64,000 nucleotides of DNA from Foetidibacter luteolus (GTDB lineage: Bacteria > Bacteroidota > Bacteroidia > Chitinophagales > Chitinophagaceae). This document shows positions 1-8,348 of the stretch, in pieces. The position numbers were made by a program, and so were the translations under genes. The notes beneath the pieces are model-generated. The model was not told the DNA's origin. It saw nothing but the letters and a program-made list of their open reading frames with translations, and did not search any database. Position 1 is the first letter of the stretch; the number at the start of each line of letters is the position of its first letter. The stretch spans positions 118,016 to 182,015 of the forward strand of contig NZ_VVIP01000067.1 in NCBI RefSeq assembly GCF_009650435.1. The letters are read 5' to 3'.

Positions 1-1636
1 TAGCCGTATCCTTTTTTTCTTCTTTAAACAGTTCATTAAACTTATCAATACGGTAAGGTTCATCAAACTTTTGCAAGGCCACCCTGTAAATGCGGGGCTC
101 CTGCATGCCCGTTGGGTAAGACGGCTTTAACCTTGAAGACATGAAATAAATATACTTTCCATCAGGCCCCCACAAAGGCGAGGTTTCTGTAATGGCGGTA
201 TTGGTAAGGTTAAGTGTTTTATTGGTTTTGGTGTTGAAGAGAATAATATCCTGCTCAAAATTGCGGTAAGCCGTAAACATTATATACTCATCGTTGGGGG
301 AGAAAGAAGGCGCTGCATTGTACAGGCCCCAAAGCTCATCTTTAACCAGTGTTTTGCTTTGCAGTGTTTTTAAGTCTATCATACGCACTTCATCCCTGCC
401 GCTGTAATAAACGCCCTGCGTTCTTTTACTATTGAACACTATGGAGCGGTTGCTTTTTTTATCAAAGGTTACCTGCTTCATATTACCGGAGCCATTGGCG
501 TTTATGGTAAACCAGTTTTCATAGCCCTGGGTGGTTGCGCTAAAAAGCAGGGTTTTATTATCGCTAAGCCATTTTACTTCTTTTACACGCTCCGCATTGC
601 CGCGTTGCAACTGCTCAATAAATTTTCCTTCTATATCGCTTACAAACAATTCTCCCCGGCTGCTAAAGGCCAGCTTTTTACCATCCGGAGATACATCAAA
701 AGCGCTGATGTTTTCCTTAACATCAAAATCTTTTTCTTTATCAAGCACACTGTTGCGGGCTATGGCTATGTTAAGTTTATCTGCCTTGCCGGCAGCCACA
801 TCATACAGCCATAGCTGGTAGTCTTTTTCAAAAACCACTTTGCCGCCATCCGCATTAACAAACGGGTTTTTAATGGACGACGTGAATTTTGTTAACTGTG
901 TTTTTTTATCAGCTTTAAAAGTGTACAGGTTGTACTCGCCATTGGCTTCATCAGACATGAAATATATATTACCGTTTTTGTCTATGCTGGCCCCAAAATC
1001 TTTGCCCTGCCAGTCGGTGTAGCGTTTGTATTGCTTAGCGGCAATATTGTAGGATTGTATGTCTGGGTTAAAAGCCCCTTTGTACCGTTTGCGCTGGGCC
1101 TGGTTGCTGCTTTCCCAGGTGTCGTTAAAAAACAGTTCTCCTGTTTTGGGGTGTTCAACTACATTATGGTCGTACAGGAAAAAATAGTCGCCAAATACCC
1201 GTTGCGCGGTTTCACCCTGCAGGCTTACCTTGTAAGTAGATGACTGGCCCATGCGGCCGCTGTTAAAGTAGATATATTTTGAATCCCAGCTCCATGAGGT
1301 TACATCATCCGTACCACCATAGTAGGTAAGTTGTTTTATCTCACCGCCGTTAACCGGCATTATAAACACATCGGCATTACCATACTGCCTGCCGGTAAAA
1401 GCTATCCATTTGCCATCCGGCGACACTTTGGCATTGGTTTCATAACCCTGCATGGCCGTAATACGTGTAGCTATACCATCGGCTACAGCGGCTTTCCACA
1501 AATCGCCTTCAAAACTAAAAATAACGGTTTGCCCATCGGGCGTAAGCGCCGGTTGCGAAAGAAAATAGGTAGCGTTGGTTTGTGCCGTAACAGTAATGCC
1601 TGCCAGCAACAGCAGGCAAAAAAAGGTTCGTCTCAT
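1..1636 (-). CDS. PD40/WD40-like beta-propeller repeat periplasmic protein (TolB/S9-peptidase-like N-terminal region); partial, continues past the window start
   Basis: The minus-strand frame starts at ATG 1634-1636 (MRRTFFCLLLLAGITVTAQ, signal-peptide-like) and stays open to position 1; I spot-checked 1-60, 241-300 and 1021-1080 for stops. Recurrent DGK.IAF / DG..IYF motifs look like PD40 repeats. It is missing from the ORF track because it is truncated at the edge. The plus-strand ORFs at 531-1702 overlap it and look spurious. Confidence 0.55.
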   Translation of the reverse strand, partial: MRRTFFCLLLLAGITVTAQTNATYFLSQPALTPDGQTVIFSFEGDLWKAAVADGIATRITAMQGYETNAKVSPDGKWIAFTGRQYGNADVFIMPVNGGEIKQLTYYGGTDDVTSWSWDSKYIYFNSGRMGQSSTYKVSLQGETAQRVFGDYFFLYDHNVVEHPKTGELFFNDTWESSNQAQRKRYKGAFNPDIQSYNIAAKQYKRYTDWQGKDFGASIDKNGNIYFMSDEANGEYNLYTFKADKKTQLTKFTSSIKNPFVNADGGKVVFEKDYQLWLYDVAAGKADKLNIAIARNSVLDKEKDFDVKENISAFDVSPDGKKLAFSSRGELFVSDIEGKFIEQLQRGNAERVKEVKWLSDNKTLLFSATTQGYENWFTINANGSGNMKQVTFDKKSNRSIVFNSKRTQGVYYSGRDEVRMIDLKTLQSKTLVKDELWGLYNAAPSFSPNDEYIMFTAYRNFEQDIILFNTKTNKTLNLTNTAITETSPLWGPDGKYIYFMSSRLKPSYPTGMQEPRIYRVALQKFDEPYRIDKFNELFKEEKKDTA

Positions 1637-1808
1637 GTATCTTGTTTTTGGGAAGGTACAGAACAAGGCATTATACAGCATGCCGTTTATAAAAAACAAT
1701 AAGATTTTTTGGTGGCGGGGGGTTTGACTTTTTGTGTAGCATAATGTTTCTGGCACCTATGGTGGCAGAAACATATAAACCGTAGCGGGATATGTTAACC
1801 ATTCTCCC

Positions 1809-2540
1809 TCACTTAAACAAAGCCTCTGCTTTCGCTATACTTTCCGGTTTACCTACATCAATAAACTTACTTGCAGAATGGTCAAAGCATTGAATGTTTT
1901 GACTGGCGCAGATGTCAAGATAAACATCCACCATAGAAAACTTACCGCTGCGCTGTATTAAGCTAAAGATATTGCTGCTTAGCACATGCAGGCCACTAAA
2001 AGCCTTTTGTTCAAGTTGGCCAGGCGGAAGAGGGTTTGGTTTTTCCTCACCTTTCTTTACGTTACGCCAGCCGCTTAACCTTCCCTGCTCATCAAACAAA
2101 AAATAGCGTGATGTTTCCCTGTCGCTCACAGCCAGCGTAGCCAGCGCTCCGCATTGTACATGCCGCTCTGCCATTTGCCCAAGGTTAAGGTCGGTAAGCA
2201 CGTCAGCATTCATCAGCACAAAGTTTTGTGGCCCCTCAAAAAACCAGGCAGCTTTTTTAAGCCCGCCGCCTGTTTCCAGCACTTCATCGGTTTCGTCGCT
2301 GATGGTTATGCGGCTGCCCCAGCCTTTACTTATGGTAATGGCATCAATAACCTGTTCAGCAAAATGGTGAACGTTTACAATAATATCTGTAATGCCGTAC
2401 TGTTGCAGGTATTCAACATTTCTTTGCAGCAGGCTTTTGCCATTTACAATAGCCAGGGCTTTGGGGTGATTGTCCGTCCACGGTTTAAGCCGGCTGCCCA
2501 GGCCCGCTGCCAGTATCATTGCTTTTTTAACCATCTGCAT
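1809..2540 (-). CDS. Sugar-1-phosphate nucleotidyltransferase, MurU-like (MurNAc-1-P uridylyltransferase candidate)
   Basis: N-terminal ILAAGLGSRLKP (the G-x-G-x-R-L nucleotidyltransferase signature), about 240 aa. It sits directly downstream of an AmgK-like kinase gene, which is the known AmgK-MurU recycling arrangement. Confidence 0.7.
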   Translation of the reverse strand: MQMVKKAMILAAGLGSRLKPWTDNHPKALAIVNGKSLLQRNVEYLQQYGITDIIVNVHHFAEQVIDAITISKGWGSRITISDETDEVLETGGGLKKAAWFFEGPQNFVLMNADVLTDLNLGQMAERHVQCGALATLAVSDRETSRYFLFDEQGRLSGWRNVKKGEEKPNPLPPGQLEQKAFSGLHVLSSNIFSLIQRSGKFSMVDVYLDICASQNIQCFDHSASKFIDVGKPESIAKAEALFK

Positions 2541-2555
2541 TAATAAGTTAGCGGT

Positions 2556-3995
2556 TTATTTTACCCAGTTTAGCTGGTTGTTATGGCTAAGCGCCACTTT
2601 TACCTTGTACTTGTTTCTTAAATGCCGGGCGGTTTGCTCAGCGGCATATACGCTGCGGTGCTGGCCACCCGTGCAGCCAAAGTTGATGGTAAGGCTGTCA
2701 AAGCCGCGCTGCAGGTAGTCTTCTACGGATATATCCACCAGGTCAAACACACTGTTTAAAAAGTCATTCATGCGGGTGCGCTGCTCCAGGAAATCTATCA
2801 CGGGCTTGTCTTTGCCAGAAAGCTTTTTGTATTCATCAAACCTTCCGGGGTTAAGAATGCCACGGCAATCAAACATAAAGCCGCCGCCATTGCCGGATGC
2901 ATCCTCAGGCAATGCCCTTTTGTAAGAGAAACTGTTGATGGTAACAGTGAGTGGCGTATGTTCATTGGCCTGTACCGGTTCAAAACGTTGTATAATTTCA
3001 TCGCTTACCACAATTTTCAGCATGCGGTCAAATTCCGGCAACGCCAAACCCGGGCGGTTGTTTTCTAGAAATTGTTTCATGTTGCGCAGGGCCAGCGGTA
3101 TGCTTGCCAAAAAATGCGCCTTTCGCTCAAACAATCCCCTGAAACCGTAAGCCCCCAAAACCTGCAATAAACGTATCAGTACATAGCCGTTGTATTGGCT
3201 GGTAAAAATATTCCTGTCAACAGGCTGGTTCAGCAGTTTTTCCACTTCTGTTATGTAATAATCCAGAAGCGTATTTTTCCATTCGTCACTTAATTCCGCT
3301 TTAGCCTGCCATAAAAGGCTGGCCACATCATATTGTAAAGCACCCTGCATTCCGCCCTGGTAGTCTATAAAATAAACTTCATCATTGCTTACAATTATGT
3401 TACGGCTCTGGAAGTCGCGAAACATAAAGTATTTGTAATCTGTACGGGTAAGGTAAGTACTCAGTGCTTCAAAGTCATCCAGCATGGCCTGCTTGTCGTA
3501 AGGCATGCGCAAAGTATCCAGGAAGTAATATTTAAAATAGAGCAGGTCGCTCATAATGGCCTGTTTGCCGAACTCTTTGGCGGTAAGGCACCAGTTATAA
3601 TCCAGCCCGCTATGGCCGAGTATTTGTATGCGTGCCAGTTGCTGCAGGCTTTTCTTAAAAAGGCCATACACGTAGTCGCCATGCCCGTGTTCTTCAAGTT
3701 TGTTCAGCAGAGATACTGTACCAAGGTCTTCCTGCAGGTACACTTCTCCGTCATTGTTCACGGCGTATATATCGGGCACATGCAGGCCTTTTTCTTTAAA
3801 ATGCCGGCTGAAATTGATAAACGTGTTGTTCTCCTTTACGTTAAGGTTATGCGTGCCAATATAAGTTTCATTATTGCTGTATATGCGAAAATAGGTTCTG
3901 TCGCTGCCGCTTTGCGGCAGCTTCTCAATCCTGTCTGCGCCTGTGTTATTAAACGATTTAAACAACCCTTCAATTGCCTGTACTACCTGTTGCAT
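2556..3995 (-). CDS. Aminoglycoside-phosphotransferase-fold sugar kinase (AmgK-like) fused to a RapZ C-terminal-like domain
   Basis: An APH-family core occupies the first ~340 aa, with FRDFQSRNIIV and FIDYQGG as Brenner-motif and DxG equivalents. The C-terminal ~130 aa ends TINFGCTGGQHRSVYAAEQ, matching the GCTGG-HRSV motif I recall from the RapZ C-domain. Confidence 0.65.
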   Translation of the reverse strand: MQQVVQAIEGLFKSFNNTGADRIEKLPQSGSDRTYFRIYSNNETYIGTHNLNVKENNTFINFSRHFKEKGLHVPDIYAVNNDGEVYLQEDLGTVSLLNKLEEHGHGDYVYGLFKKSLQQLARIQILGHSGLDYNWCLTAKEFGKQAIMSDLLYFKYYFLDTLRMPYDKQAMLDDFEALSTYLTRTDYKYFMFRDFQSRNIIVSNDEVYFIDYQGGMQGALQYDVASLLWQAKAELSDEWKNTLLDYYITEVEKLLNQPVDRNIFTSQYNGYVLIRLLQVLGAYGFRGLFERKAHFLASIPLALRNMKQFLENNRPGLALPEFDRMLKIVVSDEIIQRFEPVQANEHTPLTVTINSFSYKRALPEDASGNGGGFMFDCRGILNPGRFDEYKKLSGKDKPVIDFLEQRTRMNDFLNSVFDLVDISVEDYLQRGFDSLTINFGCTGGQHRSVYAAEQTARHLRNKYKVKVALSHNNQLNWVK

Positions 3996-4101
3996 GATGA
4001 AATAATTCGGGGCACGAGTTTACAGCTTTATTTGTAAAGCATGCAAACATTTTAAACAAGCGTAATCAAGGCTACTGTATTAAGAGATAGTAAGCATTTA
4101 A

Positions 4102-4229
4102 GGGGGTGCCCCCAAGCTATCGCAAGGGGTCGGGCTTTCCGCTATTACTCCGGCACAAAAGCCCTGCTGCCAGGGCTTCACCGGGGTAACCGCTGCAATC
4201 CCTCACCCGAAAGTGCAACACGCTGCGGT
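4102..4229 (+). repeat. F2 repeat copy 1 (~130 bp element beginning GGGGTGCCCC)
   Basis: About 80-90% identical over its length to copies at 8157, 41386, 45915 (minus) and 60410. It abuts the stop of the DUF4870 gene. Confidence 0.75.
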
Positions 4230-4589
4230 TTACTTTATAAACCTTATAGTAAAAGGATAACGGTACAATTTCCCTTCACTTGCACGTATGGTGGCAAGAA
4301 TACAAAGCAATACAGATAGTATGTAAATGGGCCATATCAGTAGCCAGCCAATAAGCGTTATAATACAAATAATATAAACAATCACTAACGTTATTTGAAA
4401 ATTGAGTGATTCCCTGGAATGGGCAGCTATAAACGAAGACTCATCTTTTTTTACCAGGTAAATAATTAAAGGAGCAAAAAACGGGATAAAAATGGCGAGT
4501 ACGTGAGAGATAAGCGCCAGCGTTTTTTCATCCTGTGTTGGAGGAACTATCGGCGTTTCCTCCTTTCCTATAAAAGATTCATTAGCCAT
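4230..4589 (-). CDS. Small integral membrane protein, DUF4870-like
   Basis: 119 aa, multi-pass hydrophobic core after a short hydrophilic N-terminus. Family assignment is from memory only. Confidence 0.5.
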   Translation of the reverse strand: MANESFIGKEETPIVPPTQDEKTLALISHVLAIFIPFFAPLIIYLVKKDESSFIAAHSRESLNFQITLVIVYIICIITLIGWLLIWPIYILSVLLCILATIRASEGKLYRYPFTIRFIK

Positions 4590-4784
4590 AGTGTCAATAT
4601 TTTACTGTTAAGTTAATTAATAGTACTGCAAAATGCAACCGGCTTTCAGCATGCTGCTATCTGTTAGTGCGCCAAATACCACAAAACCTTACAAATACTG
4701 TTTGAAATTTTTGCATAGCCTGCTTTGCTTATTTCAGATAGTATATATTTATACTGCAAAGCCATATAAACTTCAAAACTTCTT

Positions 4785-5498
4785 ATGTCTCCATTTATCA
4801 GCGAGCTTGCCGGAACTGCGTTATTAATTATTTTAGGCGATGGCGTGGTAGCTAATGTAATACTCAATAAAACCAAAGGCAACAATGGCGGGCTTATTGC
4901 CATTACATTCGGTTGGGCCATAGCTGTATTTGTGGGCGTGTTTGCATCTGCAAAAGCCAGCGGGGCGCACCTTAACCCAGCGGTTACCATTGCTCTTGCC
5001 TACCTGGGAAAGTTTAACTGGGCCGATGTGCCCTCGTACATAGGCGCCCAACTGCTGGGCGCCATGCTGGGTGCATTTTTGGTATGGGTTGCCTACAAGC
5101 AACATTTTGACGATACAAAAGATGCAGATACGAAGCTGGGGGTGTTTTGCACATCGCCATCCATTCGCCATCCGCTGCACAATGTGTTAACTGAAATAAT
5201 CGGAACATTTGTACTGATACTTGGCGTATTATTTATTGTGGCCCCATCTAACAGTTTGGGTGCGCTGGATGCTTTGCCGGTGGCTTTGCTGGTGCTGGGC
5301 GTAGGCCTTAGCCTGGGTGGCCCAACTGGTTACGCTATTAACCCGGCCCGTGATTTGGGGCCACGCATTATGCATGCGCTGCTGCCCATTAAAAACAAGC
5401 GTGACAGCGACTGGGGCTATAGCTGGGTACCGGTAGCGGGACCTGTGATAGGCAGCTTACTGGCAGCAGTGGTTTTTAAAGTGTTGAATGGCGGGTAA
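4785..5498 (+). CDS. MIP-family channel (aquaglyceroporin, GlpF-like)
   Basis: Two NPA boxes: SGAHLNPAVT and AINPARDLGPR. Six predicted TM segments. Confidence 0.9.
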   Translation: MSPFISELAGTALLIILGDGVVANVILNKTKGNNGGLIAITFGWAIAVFVGVFASAKASGAHLNPAVTIALAYLGKFNWADVPSYIGAQLLGAMLGAFLVWVAYKQHFDDTKDADTKLGVFCTSPSIRHPLHNVLTEIIGTFVLILGVLFIVAPSNSLGALDALPVALLVLGVGLSLGGPTGYAINPARDLGPRIMHALLPIKNKRDSDWGYSWVPVAGPVIGSLLAAVVFKVLNGG

Positions 5499-5564
5499 AA
5501 CAAACGGCGAAGACTAATGATGATGGCCGAATAGCGGACAAGGCCCTTCGCTTTTCTCAGGGCA

Positions 5565-5660
5565 GGCTACTGCGGCAATTGGTGAATAGGATTGCTGCAG
5601 TAGAAGAGTGCGACGCAACGGCAGCTTCATAGCAGTTCCCGCTGCCGGGCCCATAAAAAT
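5565..5660 (+). repeat. F1 repeat copy
   Basis: GATTGCTGCAGTAGAAGAGTGCGACGCAACG...CTGCCGGGCCCATAAAAA. Confidence 0.7.
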
Positions 5661-5713
5661 GTAATGGGGGATGTCATTATACGATGCGAAGCCATAACCC
5701 CATTCACCATTCA

Positions 5714-8104
5714 CTACTCACTTCTTAAACTTTTTGCGGGGTTAGCGATGGCCGCTTTTATTGTATGAAACATTACCGTGCCCATAGTGATGAGCAATAC
5801 AGTAAACGCTGACAATAAAAACGGCACGGCAGACAGCCCTGTGTTGTAAGGGAAAATTTTTAGCCATTTATCCATAAACAAATACGCCACCGGAAAGGCG
5901 ATAAGGCAGGATATGCCAACCAGCAACACAAAGTTTTTGGTAACTAATGGCACTATCTGCGCAAGGCCGGCGCCCATTATTTTGCGTATGCTTATTTCTT
6001 TCTGCCGCTGTTCTGTTGTAAAGGCGATAAGGCCCAATAAACCCAGGCAGGTAATGAGAATGGTAAGCACGGAGAAAGCTGTAAATATTTTTCCACGCTT
6101 TTGATCGGCTGCGTACTGCGAATCGAAATCCTGGTCAAGGAACGTATATTGAAAGGGCAGTTCGGGAAATGCAACTTTCCAGGATTTTTCTATGCCCGCA
6201 ATGGTAGCCGGGATGTTTTTTGCATCCAGCTTAAGCTGCATAATGCTGTTATTAGGCCGGTAGAACAAGAGCAACGGCGCTATGGGGTTGTACAATGATT
6301 TCTGGTTAAAGTCTTTTACCACGCCTATCACTTCAAGCGTAAAGCTGGATGTATCGCCCGGAAACTTAACCCGCTTGCCGATTGGGTTATCGCCCCACGC
6401 AAATTCCTTCACCATATTTTCGTTTACAATAATGCTTCTGAGCGTATCCGAAAGGCCTGAAAAATTGCGGCCTTTTTTTATCTGCATGCCCAGCGTTTTA
6501 AAGTAATCTTCATCTATCGCATAGCAATCAACACCTTTATCAACAAAGCCGTTTTTTGACTCTACCGTAAACAGGTTAAAGTTAACATTAGGCCCGCCTG
6601 GCGTACTCTCTGCCGTACTTACAGACAGCACCTGCGGGTTCTTACGCACATCGTTTTTAAAAGCCATTACCTTACCGCGTATATCGTTATTGGCACTGGC
6701 TGTTAGGGATAATACCTGGTCTTTACTAAAACCCAGGTCTTTGTTGCGCAGGTATTTTAGCTGCCCATAAACCACCCAGGTGCATATAAGCATAATCATT
6801 GAAATAGAGAACTGCACCACCACCAATACACGGCGCAACGCTACATTGCTGGAGCTTTTGGAAAGGCTGCCTTTTAATACGCTTACGGGATTAAACTTTG
6901 ACAGGTAGAAAGCCGGGTAACTGCCGCCGAGAAAACCAACAAACAATACTATGCACAGCAGTATTACAAATGTACCTGGCTGAAACAGGGTACTGAAAGA
7001 AATAAACTTGCCGGAAAGGTTATTAAACATGGGCAGCAGCAGCAATATAACCACCATGCTTAACAACAAGGCAAACAGGGCTGTAAGCATAGATTCAATA
7101 AGAAACTGTGCCACCAGTTGCGGCTTTGACGAGCCCGTAACCTTGCGTATGCCTATTTCTTTTGCACGCCTTGCAGAACGTGCCGTGGTTAGGTTCATAT
7201 AATTTATGCAGGCTATAATGAGCATAAAAAATGCCACGGCCGAAAAAATGTAGATATAAGAAACACTGCCCAGTTCTTCGGGCTCGTTAGCCATATCAGA
7301 ATGCAGATGGATATCTGTAACACGCTGCACGCCGTAACGTATTTTAATATTGTACTGCGCAAATATGGATGCCATATATTTATCGTACATGGGCTTAAGC
7401 TTGTTTTCAAAAACAGCGGCGCTGGTATTCGGCTTCAGCAATACATAAGTGTAAAAGCTAAAGCCCCCCCAATTGTCAGCAAAGTTTTTAGGCAGGGATG
7501 TTACTGAGATAAGCACGTTAAAAATTATGTGCGAGTTTTTAGGCACATCCTTTATTACGGCCGTAACCTTATATACATCCCCGTTATCGTTGGTAAGAGA
7601 TTTGCCCACATAAGCTTTGCCCTTTCCAAAAAACTTTTCGGCTACAGATTGTGTAAGCACCATAGAGTTGGGCTCAACCAAAGCAGTTTTTGGATTGCCT
7701 TCAATAAACTCATGCGTAAAAATTCTGAACAGGCCGCTGTCGGTAAAGTAAACTTTGTCTTCGTACAGTTTTAAGTCGCCCACTTTGTACATGTTGCGGC
7801 CATTGCCAACAAAACGTACGGCCTCCTCAACCTCCGGATAATCTTTTTGCAGCGCCGGCCCCAGGGGAAACTGTGTGATAGCCCACTTCAGCGTGTCCTT
7901 ATCCGGCTCTTTAATGTAGGATGTGATGCGGTAAATACGATCTGCCTTTTTATTATAGCGGTCGTAGCTAAGCTCATCCTTAATATAAAAAATAAGCAGC
8001 AGGCTAAAAGTAATACCAATGGTAAGGCCAAGTATATTTAGCAGGCTGTACCATTTGTCACGCTTAAAATTGCGCAACGCCACCAGCAGAAGATTCTTTA
8101 TCAT
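5714..8104 (-). CDS. MacB/FtsX-type ABC transporter permease (DUF214), array member A
   Basis: Start MIKNLLLVALRNFKRDKWYSLLNILGL (ATG at 8102-8104). The ORF-track start at 8257 is an upstream extension read through the F2 repeat. Internal NLTTARSARRAKEIGIRKV motif; C-terminus AAIANPAKSLRSE. Confidence 0.9.
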   Translation of the reverse strand: MIKNLLLVALRNFKRDKWYSLLNILGLTIGITFSLLLIFYIKDELSYDRYNKKADRIYRITSYIKEPDKDTLKWAITQFPLGPALQKDYPEVEEAVRFVGNGRNMYKVGDLKLYEDKVYFTDSGLFRIFTHEFIEGNPKTALVEPNSMVLTQSVAEKFFGKGKAYVGKSLTNDNGDVYKVTAVIKDVPKNSHIIFNVLISVTSLPKNFADNWGGFSFYTYVLLKPNTSAAVFENKLKPMYDKYMASIFAQYNIKIRYGVQRVTDIHLHSDMANEPEELGSVSYIYIFSAVAFFMLIIACINYMNLTTARSARRAKEIGIRKVTGSSKPQLVAQFLIESMLTALFALLLSMVVILLLLPMFNNLSGKFISFSTLFQPGTFVILLCIVLFVGFLGGSYPAFYLSKFNPVSVLKGSLSKSSSNVALRRVLVVVQFSISMIMLICTWVVYGQLKYLRNKDLGFSKDQVLSLTASANNDIRGKVMAFKNDVRKNPQVLSVSTAESTPGGPNVNFNLFTVESKNGFVDKGVDCYAIDEDYFKTLGMQIKKGRNFSGLSDTLRSIIVNENMVKEFAWGDNPIGKRVKFPGDTSSFTLEVIGVVKDFNQKSLYNPIAPLLLFYRPNNSIMQLKLDAKNIPATIAGIEKSWKVAFPELPFQYTFLDQDFDSQYAADQKRGKIFTAFSVLTILITCLGLLGLIAFTTEQRQKEISIRKIMGAGLAQIVPLVTKNFVLLVGISCLIAFPVAYLFMDKWLKIFPYNTGLSAVPFLLSAFTVLLITMGTVMFHTIKAAIANPAKSLRSE

Positions 8105-8156
8105 AGCAAAACGGTTGTATTGTAAAGGGTCAATAAGTAAATTCATTAAGTTGGTT

Positions 8157-8285
8157 TGGGGGTGCCCCTCGTGCCTCGGGTCGGGCTTTCCGCTCATACT
8201 CCGGCGCAGAATCCAACACACAATGCCTTCACCGGGGTATCCGCTGCAATCCCTCACCCATGGTGCAACACGCGGCTTCTTTTGC
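8157..8285 (+). repeat. F2 repeat copy 2
   Basis: GGGGTGCCCCTCGTGCCTCGGGTCGGGCTTTCCGCTCATACTCCGG...ATCCCTCACCC. Confidence 0.75.
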
Positions 8286-8348
8286 TGTCATATTTTTTGC
8301 GAAGCCCTTCAGTAAAATACATTCCCGGCCTGCTGTTAATAACGCAAC

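Noticed and set aside
531-1702. Plus-strand ORFs of 60-123 aa (531-821, 605-814, 840-1022, 1031-1243, 1331-1702)
   Set aside because: They lie antisense to, or out of frame within, a long uninterrupted minus-strand reading frame (PD40 beta-propeller protein, 1636 to the window start). Their translations are low-complexity and show no family resemblance.
4102-4229. F2 element as tRNA, SRP RNA, RNase P RNA, 6S RNA or tmRNA
   Set aside because: There are five dispersed near-identical copies, including one in reverse orientation inside an insertion. There is no cloverleaf, and it does not match the conserved cores of the housekeeping RNAs as I recall them. It is treated as a repeat or candidate novel sRNA instead.
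8105-8257. N-terminal extensions MRDCSGYPGEGIVCW... (gene A) and MRRTLVRFVRYAAIRLRGNSK... (gene G, 24022-24114) in the ORF track
   Set aside because: The extensions are translations of the F2 and F1 repeat elements. All other paralogs start at M(I/L)(K/R)NY, and an in-frame ATG with that motif is present (8104 and 24021).
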